A stretch of 43,355 bases of DNA, from positions 1-43,355 of the forward strand of contig JAFWHD010000029.1 of assembly GCA_017512085.1 (NCBI GenBank), given 5' to 3'. The notes beneath the pieces are model-generated. The model was not told the DNA's origin. It saw nothing but the letters and a program-made list of their open reading frames with translations, and searched no databases. Source of the stretch: Candidatus Saccharimonadota bacterium (GTDB lineage Bacteria; Patescibacteriota; Saccharimonadia; Saccharimonadales; Saccharimonadaceae). Each line of letters opens with the position of its first letter. The first letter of the stretch is position 1. Both the position numbers and the translations under genes were made by a program. This document shows positions 19,514 to 29,637 of this stretch, in pieces.

Positions 19514-21208
19514 ATGTTTAAACATCTTGCAAAAAATAAACATGGCGACACTCTAATTGAAGTAACTCTCGCTATTGGGATTTTTTCCATGGTGGCAGTC
19601 GCGGCTGTTTCCGTTCTTAGTGCCAGTACTTCCAGCGCTGAGGATACTCTTGAGGCTAGTATCACCCGCGAACAAATAGACGCTCAAGCTGATGCCCTCC
19701 GGTTTATCCAAAACGCCGCCTTGGTGGACCACGATACTGCTACGCCCAAATTTTCCAATCTCTGGGATGAGATTAAAAAGAATGCCATCACCATCGATAA
19801 CACCTGGAGCGACGAACAAATCAAGAAGGTAATCCAATATACCCCTGACTCATGTGAGGATAATTATAAGGAAGATATTTTTAAAAAAGCTTTCATCATC
19901 GACCCTAACCAACTAGGCAACTATGCCAATGAAAAAGCGGATGCGAAAAGTGTATATATTGATAGCGGAGCCAAAAATAATTCCGCGGGCCCTATTCTTG
20001 CAGCTACTTCTACTTATCCACGACTTGTCTATGGTAATAATAACACTTCTTCCGAAACACTTTTTAGTAGCGATACTAGTGGTGATTTATTGCTAGCCGA
20101 AGGTATCTATGTGATAGCCGTAAAAGATTCACGTAATCAATCCAATGATGCTGCCGAATATTATGATTTCTACATTCGCACTTGCTGGTACAACACCGAC
20201 GACTCCGAGCGTCCCTCTACTATCTCTACCGTCATCCGCCTGAATGATCTCGACGCCACAAAATATGAAATCCCCGAAGGCTCTCTCTCTTATCATACCG
20301 AAAATTCCAGCATTGGTACAGTGACTGGTGATTATCCTAGCGGCACCACGCAACTATACGGTAAAACTGTAACTATTACAGCCACACCGAAGCCTGGCTT
20401 TGACTTCCTAGGCTGGTTCAAGCCGGATGGCACGATTTATTCGAAAGATCCCATCTTGAAATATGTCATCAATGGCAAAGAACTTGATGTCACTGCCAAA
20501 TTTGGCATCGAGATCAACGTCCTAAACGTCTATCCAGATCTTCCAGCCTCTAACTCTCTCAAAACCTGGATGGATAAATGGGGAATAAATGAAGAAGGTG
20601 ATAGCTCTAAACTCCTTACAGTCACGCCAGTAAAAATCACCGATTTCAATGCGGACCCTTACAAGTATCTTGGTAGTAGAGGTAATTGGAATTACGATAT
20701 TGTAGTGTTTGGATTCTGGGATGTAAATAATAGTAAAGACCTCAATGCTAATTCGGCGGCAGCTATAAGGGATTTCCTTAATAATAAAGGTGGAGTTCTC
20801 TTTGGTCATGATACGCTACATTCCGGCGACTGCACTAGCCATCCTTATTTCAAGAGCCTCGAGGACTTGGTAGGGGTAGAATGTGAGAATTTCGGTTGGA
20901 CGGCTACTAATAAAGTAAAAATTGTCAAGAGCGGCATTTTTACGGAGTATCCATATAGAATTGGTGGTGTTGGCACTGTTCTTACTATTCCTCCGGCGCA
21001 TAGGACTCAATTTAGGGCTACTCGTGCCACCGTCTGGTTACGCTTCGATAATCTCCCAGAAAGAGCCGATGCCTCCAATTTCTATCTGGCTAGCTATACT
21101 GACAAACATACTGCCTATATCAATACTGGCCATTCAAATGGTCAAGCCACCGATGATGAACGGAAGATAATTGCTAATATTCTTTTCTACCTTTACCAGT
21201 CGAGATGA
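19514..21208 (+). CDS. Large minor pilin/adhesin with beta-repeat and C-terminal GATase-like domain
   Basis: HG|DTLIEVTLAIGIF; VTITATPKPGFDFLGWF (InlB B-repeat-like); YDIVVFG..D.N..DL..IRDFLNNKGGVLFGHD. Confidence 0.75.
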   Translation: MFKHLAKNKHGDTLIEVTLAIGIFSMVAVAAVSVLSASTSSAEDTLEASITREQIDAQADALRFIQNAALVDHDTATPKFSNLWDEIKKNAITIDNTWSDEQIKKVIQYTPDSCEDNYKEDIFKKAFIIDPNQLGNYANEKADAKSVYIDSGAKNNSAGPILAATSTYPRLVYGNNNTSSETLFSSDTSGDLLLAEGIYVIAVKDSRNQSNDAAEYYDFYIRTCWYNTDDSERPSTISTVIRLNDLDATKYEIPEGSLSYHTENSSIGTVTGDYPSGTTQLYGKTVTITATPKPGFDFLGWFKPDGTIYSKDPILKYVINGKELDVTAKFGIEINVLNVYPDLPASNSLKTWMDKWGINEEGDSSKLLTVTPVKITDFNADPYKYLGSRGNWNYDIVVFGFWDVNNSKDLNANSAAAIRDFLNNKGGVLFGHDTLHSGDCTSHPYFKSLEDLVGVECENFGWTATNKVKIVKSGIFTEYPYRIGGVGTVLTIPPAHRTQFRATRATVWLRFDNLPERADASNFYLASYTDKHTAYINTGHSNGQATDDERKIIANILFYLYQSR

Positions 21209-21263
21209 TCTTTTTACCTAGATCTCGAATATATGTTATAATATATTAAAACAAAGGAGTTAT

Positions 21264-22457
21264 ATGAAAATACTATGTGTCAATGCTGGCTCGTCATCAC
21301 TAAAATTCCAGCTTTATGAAATGCCAGAAGAAATATCCGTCATCAGTGGCTATGTAGAGAAGATTGGTGCTGATGATAGTTTTTACACTATCAAGCAAGG
21401 CAAAGAAAAACAAGAAACCAAAAAACAAATAAAAAATCATACCGAGGCTGTCGCTGTTATGCTAGACGAGTTAGTAAAACACGGTGCCGTAGAAAATCTT
21501 AATGAAATCAAAGCTGTCGGCCATCGCGTCCTTCATGGCGGCGAGAAATACACCGACTCCGTGATTATTACTGACGAAGTAGTGAAGGATATTAAGAACC
21601 TAACAAAACTTGGCCCCCTTCACCATCCAGGCAATCTCGCCGGCATCAAAGCCATGCAGGAGGCTCTCCCTGATGCAGTTCAAGTTGCAGTCTTTGACAC
21701 CGCCTTCCATCACACCATTTCCCCCGTCCAGTACATGTATCCTGTCCCTATGGAATGGTATAAAAAATACGGTGTACGAAAATACGGTTTTCATGGCACT
21801 TCACATAAATACATCACACAGACCATGCAACAGAAACTAGGGAAGGAAAAGGTTAATCTTATCATTTGTCATGTCGGCTCCGGTGCTAGCATTACCGCCG
21901 TGAAAGACAGCGAGAGCTACGACACTACCATGGGCCTCACGCCTCTTGATGGTCTCATGATGGGCACCCGCTCTGGCTCCATTGACCCATCTATTATTAA
22001 ATATGTCATTGACGAGTCAGGCATGACTTACGACGAAGTAGATAACGCGCTAAATAAAAAATCCGGCCTCCTCGGCATTTGCGGACATAATGACAATCGT
22101 GACGTAGAGAGCGCCATTGCAGCTGGCGACGAAGATGCCCGTCTCGCCCTTGATATGTATGTTGATCGTATTGACCGTTATATCGCTGAGTATTACTTGG
22201 AGCTTGACGGTAATGTTGATGCCATTGTCTTTACTGCCGGTGTTTTGGAAAATGGTGCCACCACTCGTGAGGCCATCATTGAAAAGCTCGCACCTCTGGG
22301 TATTAAAATAAATAAAGAAGTCAATGACGCTATTGCCGGCTTCAAGGAAATTACTAGCGGCATTATTACTACCGAAGACTCTACTGTTCCAGTTTACGTT
22401 GAGCCGACCAATGAAGAAGTCATGATTATCCGCGACGCCTACAAATTCTGCCAGTAA
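21264..22457 (+). CDS. ackA: Acetate kinase
   Basis: NAGSSSLKFQL, GHRVLHGG, VFDTAFH, RKYGFHGTSH, MGLTPLDGLMMGTRSGSIDP, TNEE. Confidence 0.97.
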   Translation: MKILCVNAGSSSLKFQLYEMPEEISVISGYVEKIGADDSFYTIKQGKEKQETKKQIKNHTEAVAVMLDELVKHGAVENLNEIKAVGHRVLHGGEKYTDSVIITDEVVKDIKNLTKLGPLHHPGNLAGIKAMQEALPDAVQVAVFDTAFHHTISPVQYMYPVPMEWYKKYGVRKYGFHGTSHKYITQTMQQKLGKEKVNLIICHVGSGASITAVKDSESYDTTMGLTPLDGLMMGTRSGSIDPSIIKYVIDESGMTYDEVDNALNKKSGLLGICGHNDNRDVESAIAAGDEDARLALDMYVDRIDRYIAEYYLELDGNVDAIVFTAGVLENGATTREAIIEKLAPLGIKINKEVNDAIAGFKEITSGIITTEDSTVPVYVEPTNEEVMIIRDAYKFCQ

Positions 22458-22469
22458 ATAAATATAGCC

Positions 22470-22504
22470 AAAAAGAAAACAGGACATACGCCTGTTTTCT
22501 TTTT
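22470..22504. terminator. Terminator hairpin after ackA, probably bidirectional
   Basis: AAAAGAAAACAGG-ACATACG-CCTGTTTTCTTTT. Confidence 0.75.
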
Positions 22505-22548
22505 CATCCTTGCTTTCTTTGTTAGACTTTCTTTCTTGAGTGAGTGGG

Positions 22549-22654
22549 AATTCGAGAATAAAAGCCGCTGAGGTGGTATTTTCTCGTGCCGAAGTGCTAT
22601 TATACATAGAGCGAGGCACGAAAAATGCCGCATCGGCGGCTTTTAACTCGAATT
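22549..22654. repeat. ~106-nt imperfect palindrome abutting the tRNA-Arg(CCT) 3' end
   Basis: AATTCGAG..AAAAGCCGC / GCGGCTTTT..CTCGAATT; TCGTGCC/GGCACGA. Confidence 0.8.
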
Positions 22655-22731
22655 TGGTGACCCAGGCGCGAGTCGAACGCACAACCTTTTCCTTAGGACG
22701 GAACTGCTCTATCCAATTGAGCTACTGGGCC
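22655..22731 (-). tRNA. tRNA-Arg(CCT)
   Basis: GGCCCAGTAGCTCAATTGGATAGAGCAGTTCCGTCCTAAGGAAAAGGTTGTGCGTTCGACTCGCGCCTGGGTCACCA cloverleaf with encoded CCA. Confidence 0.93.
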
Positions 22732-22795
22732 ATATATATTATATATTATAGCACATTATTCCATTCTTGTCTTGAGTCATGATATAATATATACT

Positions 22796-23830
22796 ATGAA
22801 ACTAAAAAAGTCCCCCCAGACCGCCCAGGAAAAAGTTGACGAGCGTCGCGAAGAAGTCTTGTCAAAAGGTCGCAAGTTTAAATATCCCCTCCAGTTCTCG
22901 CGCCATCGTATTGTCGTTAACACCATTCTTATCATTATTGTCGTTCTCACGGCTATCACTATTTCTATGTGGCTTGCACTCTATCGCTTCGGTATGACCG
23001 ATGAATTCCTCTTTCGTATTACCCGGGTGTTTCCTGTTCCGGTCGCCCATGTTGATAATGAGAATGTCCTCTTTTCCGACTATTTGATGTTATATCGTAG
23101 TAGTATGACTTCCATCGAGCGTCAATCCGGTAGTCAGTTTGACGAAGAATCAGTTGCCCACCTCCGCGCTGAGTATAAGAGAAGCGCGCTAGATGACTCG
23201 GAGAAATTTAGCTACGCCATTAAACTCGCCAAAGAGTTAGGTATTGAAATATCAAACGATGAAGTTGAAGCAGAGTTTACTCGCCATCTTAATATTGGCG
23301 GTGTTGAGCGTAGCGAAGAAAGCTTCATTAAAATCATTGAAGACAATTTCGGCCTTAATAAATCCGAATATGAGCGCATGCTTTACCTCTCTATTGCTAA
23401 AGCAAAAGTATCGGAAGCCATAGATGAGAACGCAAAAAACATCGCCAGTGAAGTTGAGCGGATGCTCAGCGAAAACGGCAATAATTATTCCGCTGTCGCC
23501 ACAGCGCTCGGCGACAAAATCATTTATCAGGAAACTGGCGGGCTTGTTGATAGCAAAAACATAGATGGTGGTCGCGCCACCGAAGCCGCCAAGCTAGAAC
23601 CGGGAGGAAGCAGTGGTAAATTCGTTTCCATGAATGGTGACGGTTATTACTTCGTTAAACTAGTTGAAAAAAACGACAGCCAAGTCAATTTTGTTTCCAT
23701 CCGCGTTCCTTTCACTGAGTTTAATTCTCGCTTTGACAAAGTAAAAGCCGAAGGTGGCATTTCCGAGCTCATCACCATTGAAGCTTCCAATACTCCCACC
23801 AATACCGAGACTCCCGCCCCCACCGAATAA
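22796..23830 (+). CDS. SurA/PrsA-like extracytoplasmic foldase
   Basis: N-terminal TM; PVAHVDNENV; AKELGIEISNDEVEAEF (SurA N-domain); degenerate parvulin region ETGG..AAKLEPG..GYYFVKL. Confidence 0.75.
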   Translation: MKLKKSPQTAQEKVDERREEVLSKGRKFKYPLQFSRHRIVVNTILIIIVVLTAITISMWLALYRFGMTDEFLFRITRVFPVPVAHVDNENVLFSDYLMLYRSSMTSIERQSGSQFDEESVAHLRAEYKRSALDDSEKFSYAIKLAKELGIEISNDEVEAEFTRHLNIGGVERSEESFIKIIEDNFGLNKSEYERMLYLSIAKAKVSEAIDENAKNIASEVERMLSENGNNYSAVATALGDKIIYQETGGLVDSKNIDGGRATEAAKLEPGGSSGKFVSMNGDGYYFVKLVEKNDSQVNFVSIRVPFTEFNSRFDKVKAEGGISELITIEASNTPTNTETPAPTE

Positions 23831-23833
23831 ACC

Positions 23834-24013
23834 GTGCGGTATGGAGAGCGAGTTTTTGCTCCGCAAAAACTCTCCTGACTGCCTCACTCGGTATAAGAAA
23901 GTAAACTTTCTTATACTCTCGTTTCGTTGTCAGGGCGGACTTTCGTCCGCCTCTCCATAATTCTCTCAACCTAGAACAATAAAATTAGTCCCTACGGGAC
24001 TATTTTGTTGTTC
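23834..24013 (-). repeat. Structured element downstream of tRNA-Gly containing direct and inverted copies of the tRNA 3' end
   Basis: GTGCGG-TATGGAGAG at 23834 repeats tRNA sequence at 24016; inverted CTCTCCATA at 23951; three inner hairpins; terminator-like hairpin 23974-24014. Confidence 0.8.
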
Positions 24014-24088
24014 TGGTGCGGGTATGGAGAGTCGGACTCCAATCTCATCCTTGGGAAGGATACATAATAGCCGTTATACGATACCCGC
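24014..24088 (-). tRNA. tRNA-Gly(CCC)
   Basis: GCGGGTATCGTATAACGGCTATTATGTATCCTTCCCAAGGATGAGATTGGAGTCCGACTCTCCATACCCGCACCA. Confidence 0.92.
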
Positions 24089-24172
24089 GTAACATCATTA
24101 TAACATATTTCCTAAGATATGGAAGATAGTTTTTATACTGTAATAATTATTTGTGATACAATAATATACAAT

Positions 24173-25711
24173 ATGAGCACAAAAGGGAACAAGAAAGAAT
24201 CTCATCTTTCCATCGGCGACAAATTGGACTACACAGTGTTGTTCATTCTCAATATGACAGGCATGATTTTGGAGTTAGTCGCCTCTCGTTTATTGTCGCC
24301 ATTCTTTGGCAATAGTAATTTTGTCTGGACGGCCATCATTGGCATTATTTTACTAGCTGGTAGCCTAGGAAATATCATCGGCGGCAAATTATCCTCCCAC
24401 AAGCAAAGTCGTTTTATCATGTGCCTACTTCTAGTTTTTACTGCCATCTACCTCGCAATTATTCCTCTTGTAGATGCTCCCATTCTTTCCGGTATTAAGA
24501 CTGGAAATTACGGCACCGAGTTTTCCGCCGTTATCAGTAGTATTCTCTTTTTCCTTGTCCCCTCTACCATCCTCGGCATCATTACGCCTATCATCATGAA
24601 AGAACACATTAAAGGAAGCGAAGATAGTGGCAAAGAATCTGGCCGCATCACAGCTATTATCGCCATTGGTAGCCTATTCGGTACATTTGCCGGCGGTTTT
24701 TGGCTTATCCCAGTTATCGGTACGAAAATGATATTCGTTTTACTTGCCGCAATTATCCTTCTGTGCGCCATCCTTTTTCGTCCCCTCAAAAAACTCACCA
24801 ATACCAAAAAAGTCTGGCTTTTCTTTTCTGCGGCCATTATTTCGCTCGTCGTAGTTACTGCTTCTACCGTCATCATTGGCGGCACTGAAAAAATCGCTTC
24901 CCCCGAGAATGGCATCAGCGTTGATACCGAGTATGGCCGCATCATTATTGAAGATGGCGAGTATGCGGGTGAGCCAGTTCGTTTTTACAAGCAGAGCGGT
25001 GCCTATTCTTCGGCCACATTCCTGGATCCTAATCGCAAAAACGAGTTAGTTTTCAGCTATCTAAAAAAATACGACCGCATGTTTGATTTTCTTGACGTAA
25101 AGAAGACTGCCATGATTGGCGGTGCCGCCTACCAATATCCTAAATATTTCATTTCTACTTATCCAGATAAAACCATGGATGTCATCGAAATTGATCCTGT
25201 CTCTACTGAGATTGCCAAAAAGTATTTTTATCTTGATGACCTCATAAATGATTATGGCACCGAGCGTCTCGGTCTCTACAATGAAGACGGTCGCGTCTTT
25301 ATGTCTAACGGCGAAAAGAAATACGATGCCATTTTAAATGACGCTTTTTCCGGCGAGGTCCCCGTCGGCATCCTCGCAACTGTGGAGGCAGCGAACACTA
25401 TCAAATCCAGGCTTTCCTATGGCGGTGTCTATATGTCAAATGTCCTAGGTGCTGTGGAGGGGGCGCGTAGTAAATTCCTCCGCGCCGAGGTAAAAACCCT
25501 CCAAAAAGTATTTCGTCACGTCTATGTCTTGCCAGTCCATGCCAATATCAATCAAAAACAATTCACCAACTGGATGGTTGTCGCCACCGATAACGACAAT
25601 TATTATCCAGAAGACGCGATTGATCTTGGCTCTCTAGAAGATAATATCATCTTGACCGACGATTATTGCCCGATTGATTCTCTCATTTCTACCGACTATC
25701 AAGATAACTAA
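24173..25711 (+). CDS. Fused membrane (MFS-like)/spermidine synthase-like SAM-dependent protein
   Basis: GMILELVASRLLSPFFGNS..W TM domain; MIGGAAY, VIEIDP, EDGR, ILNDAFSG, ILTDDYCP. Confidence 0.88.
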   Translation: MSTKGNKKESHLSIGDKLDYTVLFILNMTGMILELVASRLLSPFFGNSNFVWTAIIGIILLAGSLGNIIGGKLSSHKQSRFIMCLLLVFTAIYLAIIPLVDAPILSGIKTGNYGTEFSAVISSILFFLVPSTILGIITPIIMKEHIKGSEDSGKESGRITAIIAIGSLFGTFAGGFWLIPVIGTKMIFVLLAAIILLCAILFRPLKKLTNTKKVWLFFSAAIISLVVVTASTVIIGGTEKIASPENGISVDTEYGRIIIEDGEYAGEPVRFYKQSGAYSSATFLDPNRKNELVFSYLKKYDRMFDFLDVKKTAMIGGAAYQYPKYFISTYPDKTMDVIEIDPVSTEIAKKYFYLDDLINDYGTERLGLYNEDGRVFMSNGEKKYDAILNDAFSGEVPVGILATVEAANTIKSRLSYGGVYMSNVLGAVEGARSKFLRAEVKTLQKVFRHVYVLPVHANINQKQFTNWMVVATDNDNYYPEDAIDLGSLEDNIILTDDYCPIDSLISTDYQDN

Positions 25712-25782
25712 CCGTGAACGAATTTGGGGTTTCTATCTTTACCAGTTCGGCACAATCCGTCCAGATATGTTATAATATATAT

Positions 25783-27435
25783 ATGGATGATTTGGAACAA
25801 AATCTAAAGACTATCATTGGTAATCTCTACGACCTCGATTTTGAACCAGAGATTACACCCTCTCCGGCAGGTATTGATGCTGATTATTCCACGAATGCTC
25901 CCCTGAAGCTCGCGAAAACTCTACATAAATCCCCTATGGAAATAGCTAGTGAAATAGAAACCAAGCTTAGCGAACCATCTCATGTTATTATTTCAGCTCC
26001 TGGCTTTCTCAATTTTACTTTGGGAGATAATTCATTGAAAGAGAGCATTAAAAAACTATGTCATAACTTTAATCAAGAAATCGCATTAAATACATTAAAG
26101 AATCAGACGGTCATCTGCGAATTTTCCGATCCAAATCCATTCAAGGTTCTCCACGTCGGTCATCTTTACACTTCCGTAGTTGGCGATGCGATTTCTCGTC
26201 TCTTTGAATATGCCGGCGCAAAAGTTATTCGCGCAAACTTTGGTGGCGACGTTGGTCTCCACGTTGCGAAGACTTTATATTCCTTATCAAGACAGGATGT
26301 AAAGACCGACAATCTCACTATTGACGACATCGCTAATTCCTACATTGAGGGTACTCGTCTCTACGATACAGACGAATCCGCAAAGGAATCCATTGACGTC
26401 CTAAACCAAGAAATCTACGACATCAACGCGAAGAATCTTCACGACACTGAGCTTTCTCAGCTCTATTGGCACGGTCGCGAATTATCCTATGCCTATTTTG
26501 AAGACTTCTATGCTAGTATCGGTTTGAAATTTGACAAATACTATCCCGAGTCCACTGTCGCCGCACTTGGCCTCGCAAAAGTAAAACAAGAATTAAAATC
26601 CGGCATTTACGAGGAGTCCAATGGTGCTGTCATTTTTCCAGGCGAAAAATACGGTCTCCATACTCGCGTCTTTATCAATCGTCACGGTGTCCCCACTTAC
26701 GAGACAAAAGACGTCGGTCTGCTTTTTACTAAATGGCAAGATTATCACTTTGATAAATCCGTGGTTATTACCGGCAATGAGCAGCTTGAGTATATGAAAG
26801 TCGTCCTAAAATCCGTTGAGCTGTATGCCCCCGACCTTGTTGAGAGGACCACTCATCTTACCCATGGCATGGTCCGTCTGCCAGGGAATCAAAAAATGTC
26901 CTCTCGCCATGGCAATTTTCTCCGCGCTGTTGATGTTCTTGATATGGTTCGCACCGAATTAAAGAACGAATACGACTCTACTGATGACAAGATTTCTCTC
27001 GCCGCTACAAAATATGCTTTTCTCAAATATAAAATGGGCCAAGACATCATTTTTGATCCTCACGCCTCCGTCCAAATGACTGGCAATTCTGGTCCCTACC
27101 TCCTCTACTCTGCCGTTCGTGCGAAAAAAATCCTCGAAAAGCCCATCACGGACGAGACATCCAAAGATTATCCACTTCAGCCCGCTGAACGCGACTTATC
27201 AAAAAAACTCTTGGAATATAAAACAGTCCTCCAGGATGCGGTTCGCGACCTTGCTCCATATAAAGTCGCAAATTATCTCTACGAGCTTGCACAATCATTC
27301 TCTCGCTTCTATGAAAACTGTCCTGTCAGTGGCAGCGATAGGGAAGTATCACGTCGTGAGCTCACATTGGCATATTTGAATGTCATAACTCATGGCCTTG
27401 ATATTTTAGGTATTGAAATCCCCGCCGCGATGTAG
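25783..27435 (+). CDS. argS: Arginine--tRNA ligase
   Basis: EFSDPNPFKVLHVGH (HIGH), KMSSRHG, GNSGPYLLY, FSRFYENC, GLDILGIEIPAAM. Confidence 0.96.
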   Translation: MDDLEQNLKTIIGNLYDLDFEPEITPSPAGIDADYSTNAPLKLAKTLHKSPMEIASEIETKLSEPSHVIISAPGFLNFTLGDNSLKESIKKLCHNFNQEIALNTLKNQTVICEFSDPNPFKVLHVGHLYTSVVGDAISRLFEYAGAKVIRANFGGDVGLHVAKTLYSLSRQDVKTDNLTIDDIANSYIEGTRLYDTDESAKESIDVLNQEIYDINAKNLHDTELSQLYWHGRELSYAYFEDFYASIGLKFDKYYPESTVAALGLAKVKQELKSGIYEESNGAVIFPGEKYGLHTRVFINRHGVPTYETKDVGLLFTKWQDYHFDKSVVITGNEQLEYMKVVLKSVELYAPDLVERTTHLTHGMVRLPGNQKMSSRHGNFLRAVDVLDMVRTELKNEYDSTDDKISLAATKYAFLKYKMGQDIIFDPHASVQMTGNSGPYLLYSAVRAKKILEKPITDETSKDYPLQPAERDLSKKLLEYKTVLQDAVRDLAPYKVANYLYELAQSFSRFYENCPVSGSDREVSRRELTLAYLNVITHGLDILGIEIPAAM

Positions 27436-27536
27436 TAATAGCATATATTCACGTCTAAATGTAATCCTGAAGAAAACACTTTTTCATGCCTAAATGCAGT
27501 CTTGAAAACTCATCCGCGATGTAGTATCATATAAAC

Positions 27537-29621
27537 ATGAGCGAAAAAGATAACTTTTCCGACTTGGTGGGCAACCGGTCAGGCCAATCAGCTTCGTCGG
27601 ACTTCACCAATAATAGACCAGGGAGCGATGAGTTAGATTCTCTCGATTCGCTTGATTTTTATGATTCCACAGATTTCTCTAATCATCCTAGTTCTATTTC
27701 CTCTCCCATTAACGACAACGATGACGCCGTTGATGAACTAATAGAAACCGCGGAAATATCTTCTCGCCCACGCCCTACTCATGAAAATTTTTCTATTGCC
27801 GGGCCAGACGATGAATTGGAATTTGTTGCTCGCGCGGAACACGTTGCTCATACAGAGCACGCTCCGCATCACGCTCACGAGTCCCACGAATCTTTTAGTG
27901 ACACCCACGTAAATCACGAAGCTCCCGACGATCGCGAGGATTACGAAACGCATGAAGATTACGAATCTCGCGAAGTTTCTACTCATTCTCGTCCAGGCTC
28001 CGATTTTGTTTCTCGCTCACCACGCTACAGTCACCGCGCCACCGACTCCGCCATTCGTCCTAGTGGCACCACGTCTCGCTCTTTTGGTCACGCCCCTGCT
28101 AATATGATTTCGGATTTTCAGCCCGTAAGTAAGAAAACTATCTCCACTGCTTCCATCCATTCTTCTGGCAGGAAATCCAAGCCTGAATTTGCCGACGATA
28201 TCATTTCAATTTCTGCCTTTGAGACTACGACTACAGAGGAATCCATTCCAGAACACGACTACGACAACCATTCTATTAACGAATCTAAGACCAGTAGTGG
28301 CGACGAACCTAAGATTCTTAGTATGAAGCCCGTCACAGAATCTCACGACAAAAAACCTCGTGATGAAAAATCTAAAACTACCAAACCCCGCAAAAAATCT
28401 CATCATTTCGCCGTTGGCCTCTTTTGTATTATCATCGCTCTCGTTGTTGCCGGCGTTGGTATTGCTGTTGCCATCAAACTTATCAATGAAAATAAATCTC
28501 AACCCAGCCAGGGAAGTACTGACACCCCCAACATTCCCATCGTGACTGATGATAATACCACTCTCAGTTTTCTTCAACTTGAAAACAACAAACAAAATCT
28601 TATCTACAGCCCTCTTTCCATTCGTAGCGGCCTTGCCCTTCTAGATGCTGGCGCCGATGGCACTACGAAGACTCAAATCTCAAAAGTCCTCGGTTCCACA
28701 GAAGTACCCCAGTATCAAGGTATTGATGGCGAGCTCTCTCTTGCGAACGGTGTCTTTATTCGTGACACTTATCGCGATTCCATTCTTGATTCCTATATTG
28801 ATACCGTCACAGACAATCAAAATGCTCAGCTCATTTTTGGCGATTTAACCGCCGATCTTATGAACCAGTGGGCTAAGGATAATACTCTCGGCCTCATAGA
28901 TAATCTCGGCGTCACTCCTACTGATGAAACCAAGGTTGTATTAGCAAATGCTCTCGCCATCAAGATGGATTGGGAATATCAGTTCGATTCTGCCCTTACG
29001 CGAAAGAATGATTTTTATGCTGCAAACAACAAAAAAATAAATGCCACGACCATGTCAAAGACTTTTGCCGCGCAGGATGTTTATTATGCTACCAATGAAG
29101 ACGAGACTATTGTTTCGCTTCCGCTTTCTTCCAAATCTACCGCCAACCTCGAGTTCGCTGCCATCATGCCAAAAGCGGACCTCGCAAGTTATATCAAAGA
29201 CCTCACGCCGGTTGAGTTGCAAAAAACATTAGATAATCTCGCTTCTGCTAGTGACGTATCAGGTGGTGTTGAGGTTAATATTCCAAAATTCAAATTTGAT
29301 TACGAATTAGAATTCAAAAAAGACCTTGAAAACCTCGGCATTGTCAATGCCTTCAGCGTAGGTACTGCTAATTTCTCCAAACTTTCTACTAGTCGTCTCT
29401 ATGTTAATGATGCTGTCCACAAGGCAAATATCGACTTCAGCGAATCAGGCATTGAGGCTGCCGCCGTTACTACTTTCAGCCTAGACAGTAAGGCTATTAT
29501 AACCGAAGACGATTCACTCGTCCGCCTCACCTTCGATCACCCATTCCTCTTTGTCATCCGCGACCGCGCGAACGACGCCGTCTGGTTCACCGGCACCGTC
29601 TATACCCCATCAACGGATTAG
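27537..29621 (+). CDS. Membrane-anchored serpin with long disordered N-terminus
   Basis: NLIYSPLSI, LANALAIKMDW, IPKFKF, HKANIDFSESGIEAAAVT hinge, FDHPFLFVIRD; TM helix near aa 292-315. Confidence 0.92.
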   Translation: MSEKDNFSDLVGNRSGQSASSDFTNNRPGSDELDSLDSLDFYDSTDFSNHPSSISSPINDNDDAVDELIETAEISSRPRPTHENFSIAGPDDELEFVARAEHVAHTEHAPHHAHESHESFSDTHVNHEAPDDREDYETHEDYESREVSTHSRPGSDFVSRSPRYSHRATDSAIRPSGTTSRSFGHAPANMISDFQPVSKKTISTASIHSSGRKSKPEFADDIISISAFETTTTEESIPEHDYDNHSINESKTSSGDEPKILSMKPVTESHDKKPRDEKSKTTKPRKKSHHFAVGLFCIIIALVVAGVGIAVAIKLINENKSQPSQGSTDTPNIPIVTDDNTTLSFLQLENNKQNLIYSPLSIRSGLALLDAGADGTTKTQISKVLGSTEVPQYQGIDGELSLANGVFIRDTYRDSILDSYIDTVTDNQNAQLIFGDLTADLMNQWAKDNTLGLIDNLGVTPTDETKVVLANALAIKMDWEYQFDSALTRKNDFYAANNKKINATTMSKTFAAQDVYYATNEDETIVSLPLSSKSTANLEFAAIMPKADLASYIKDLTPVELQKTLDNLASASDVSGGVEVNIPKFKFDYELEFKKDLENLGIVNAFSVGTANFSKLSTSRLYVNDAVHKANIDFSESGIEAAAVTTFSLDSKAIITEDDSLVRLTFDHPFLFVIRDRANDAVWFTGTVYTPSTD

Positions 29622-29637
29622 AAGGCAAATACTAATT

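Noticed and set aside
22050-22782. ORFs of 210 aa and 80 aa across ackA and tRNA-Arg, and similar antisense ORFs elsewhere
   Set aside because: Shadow frames overlapping well-supported genes, tRNAs or palindromes
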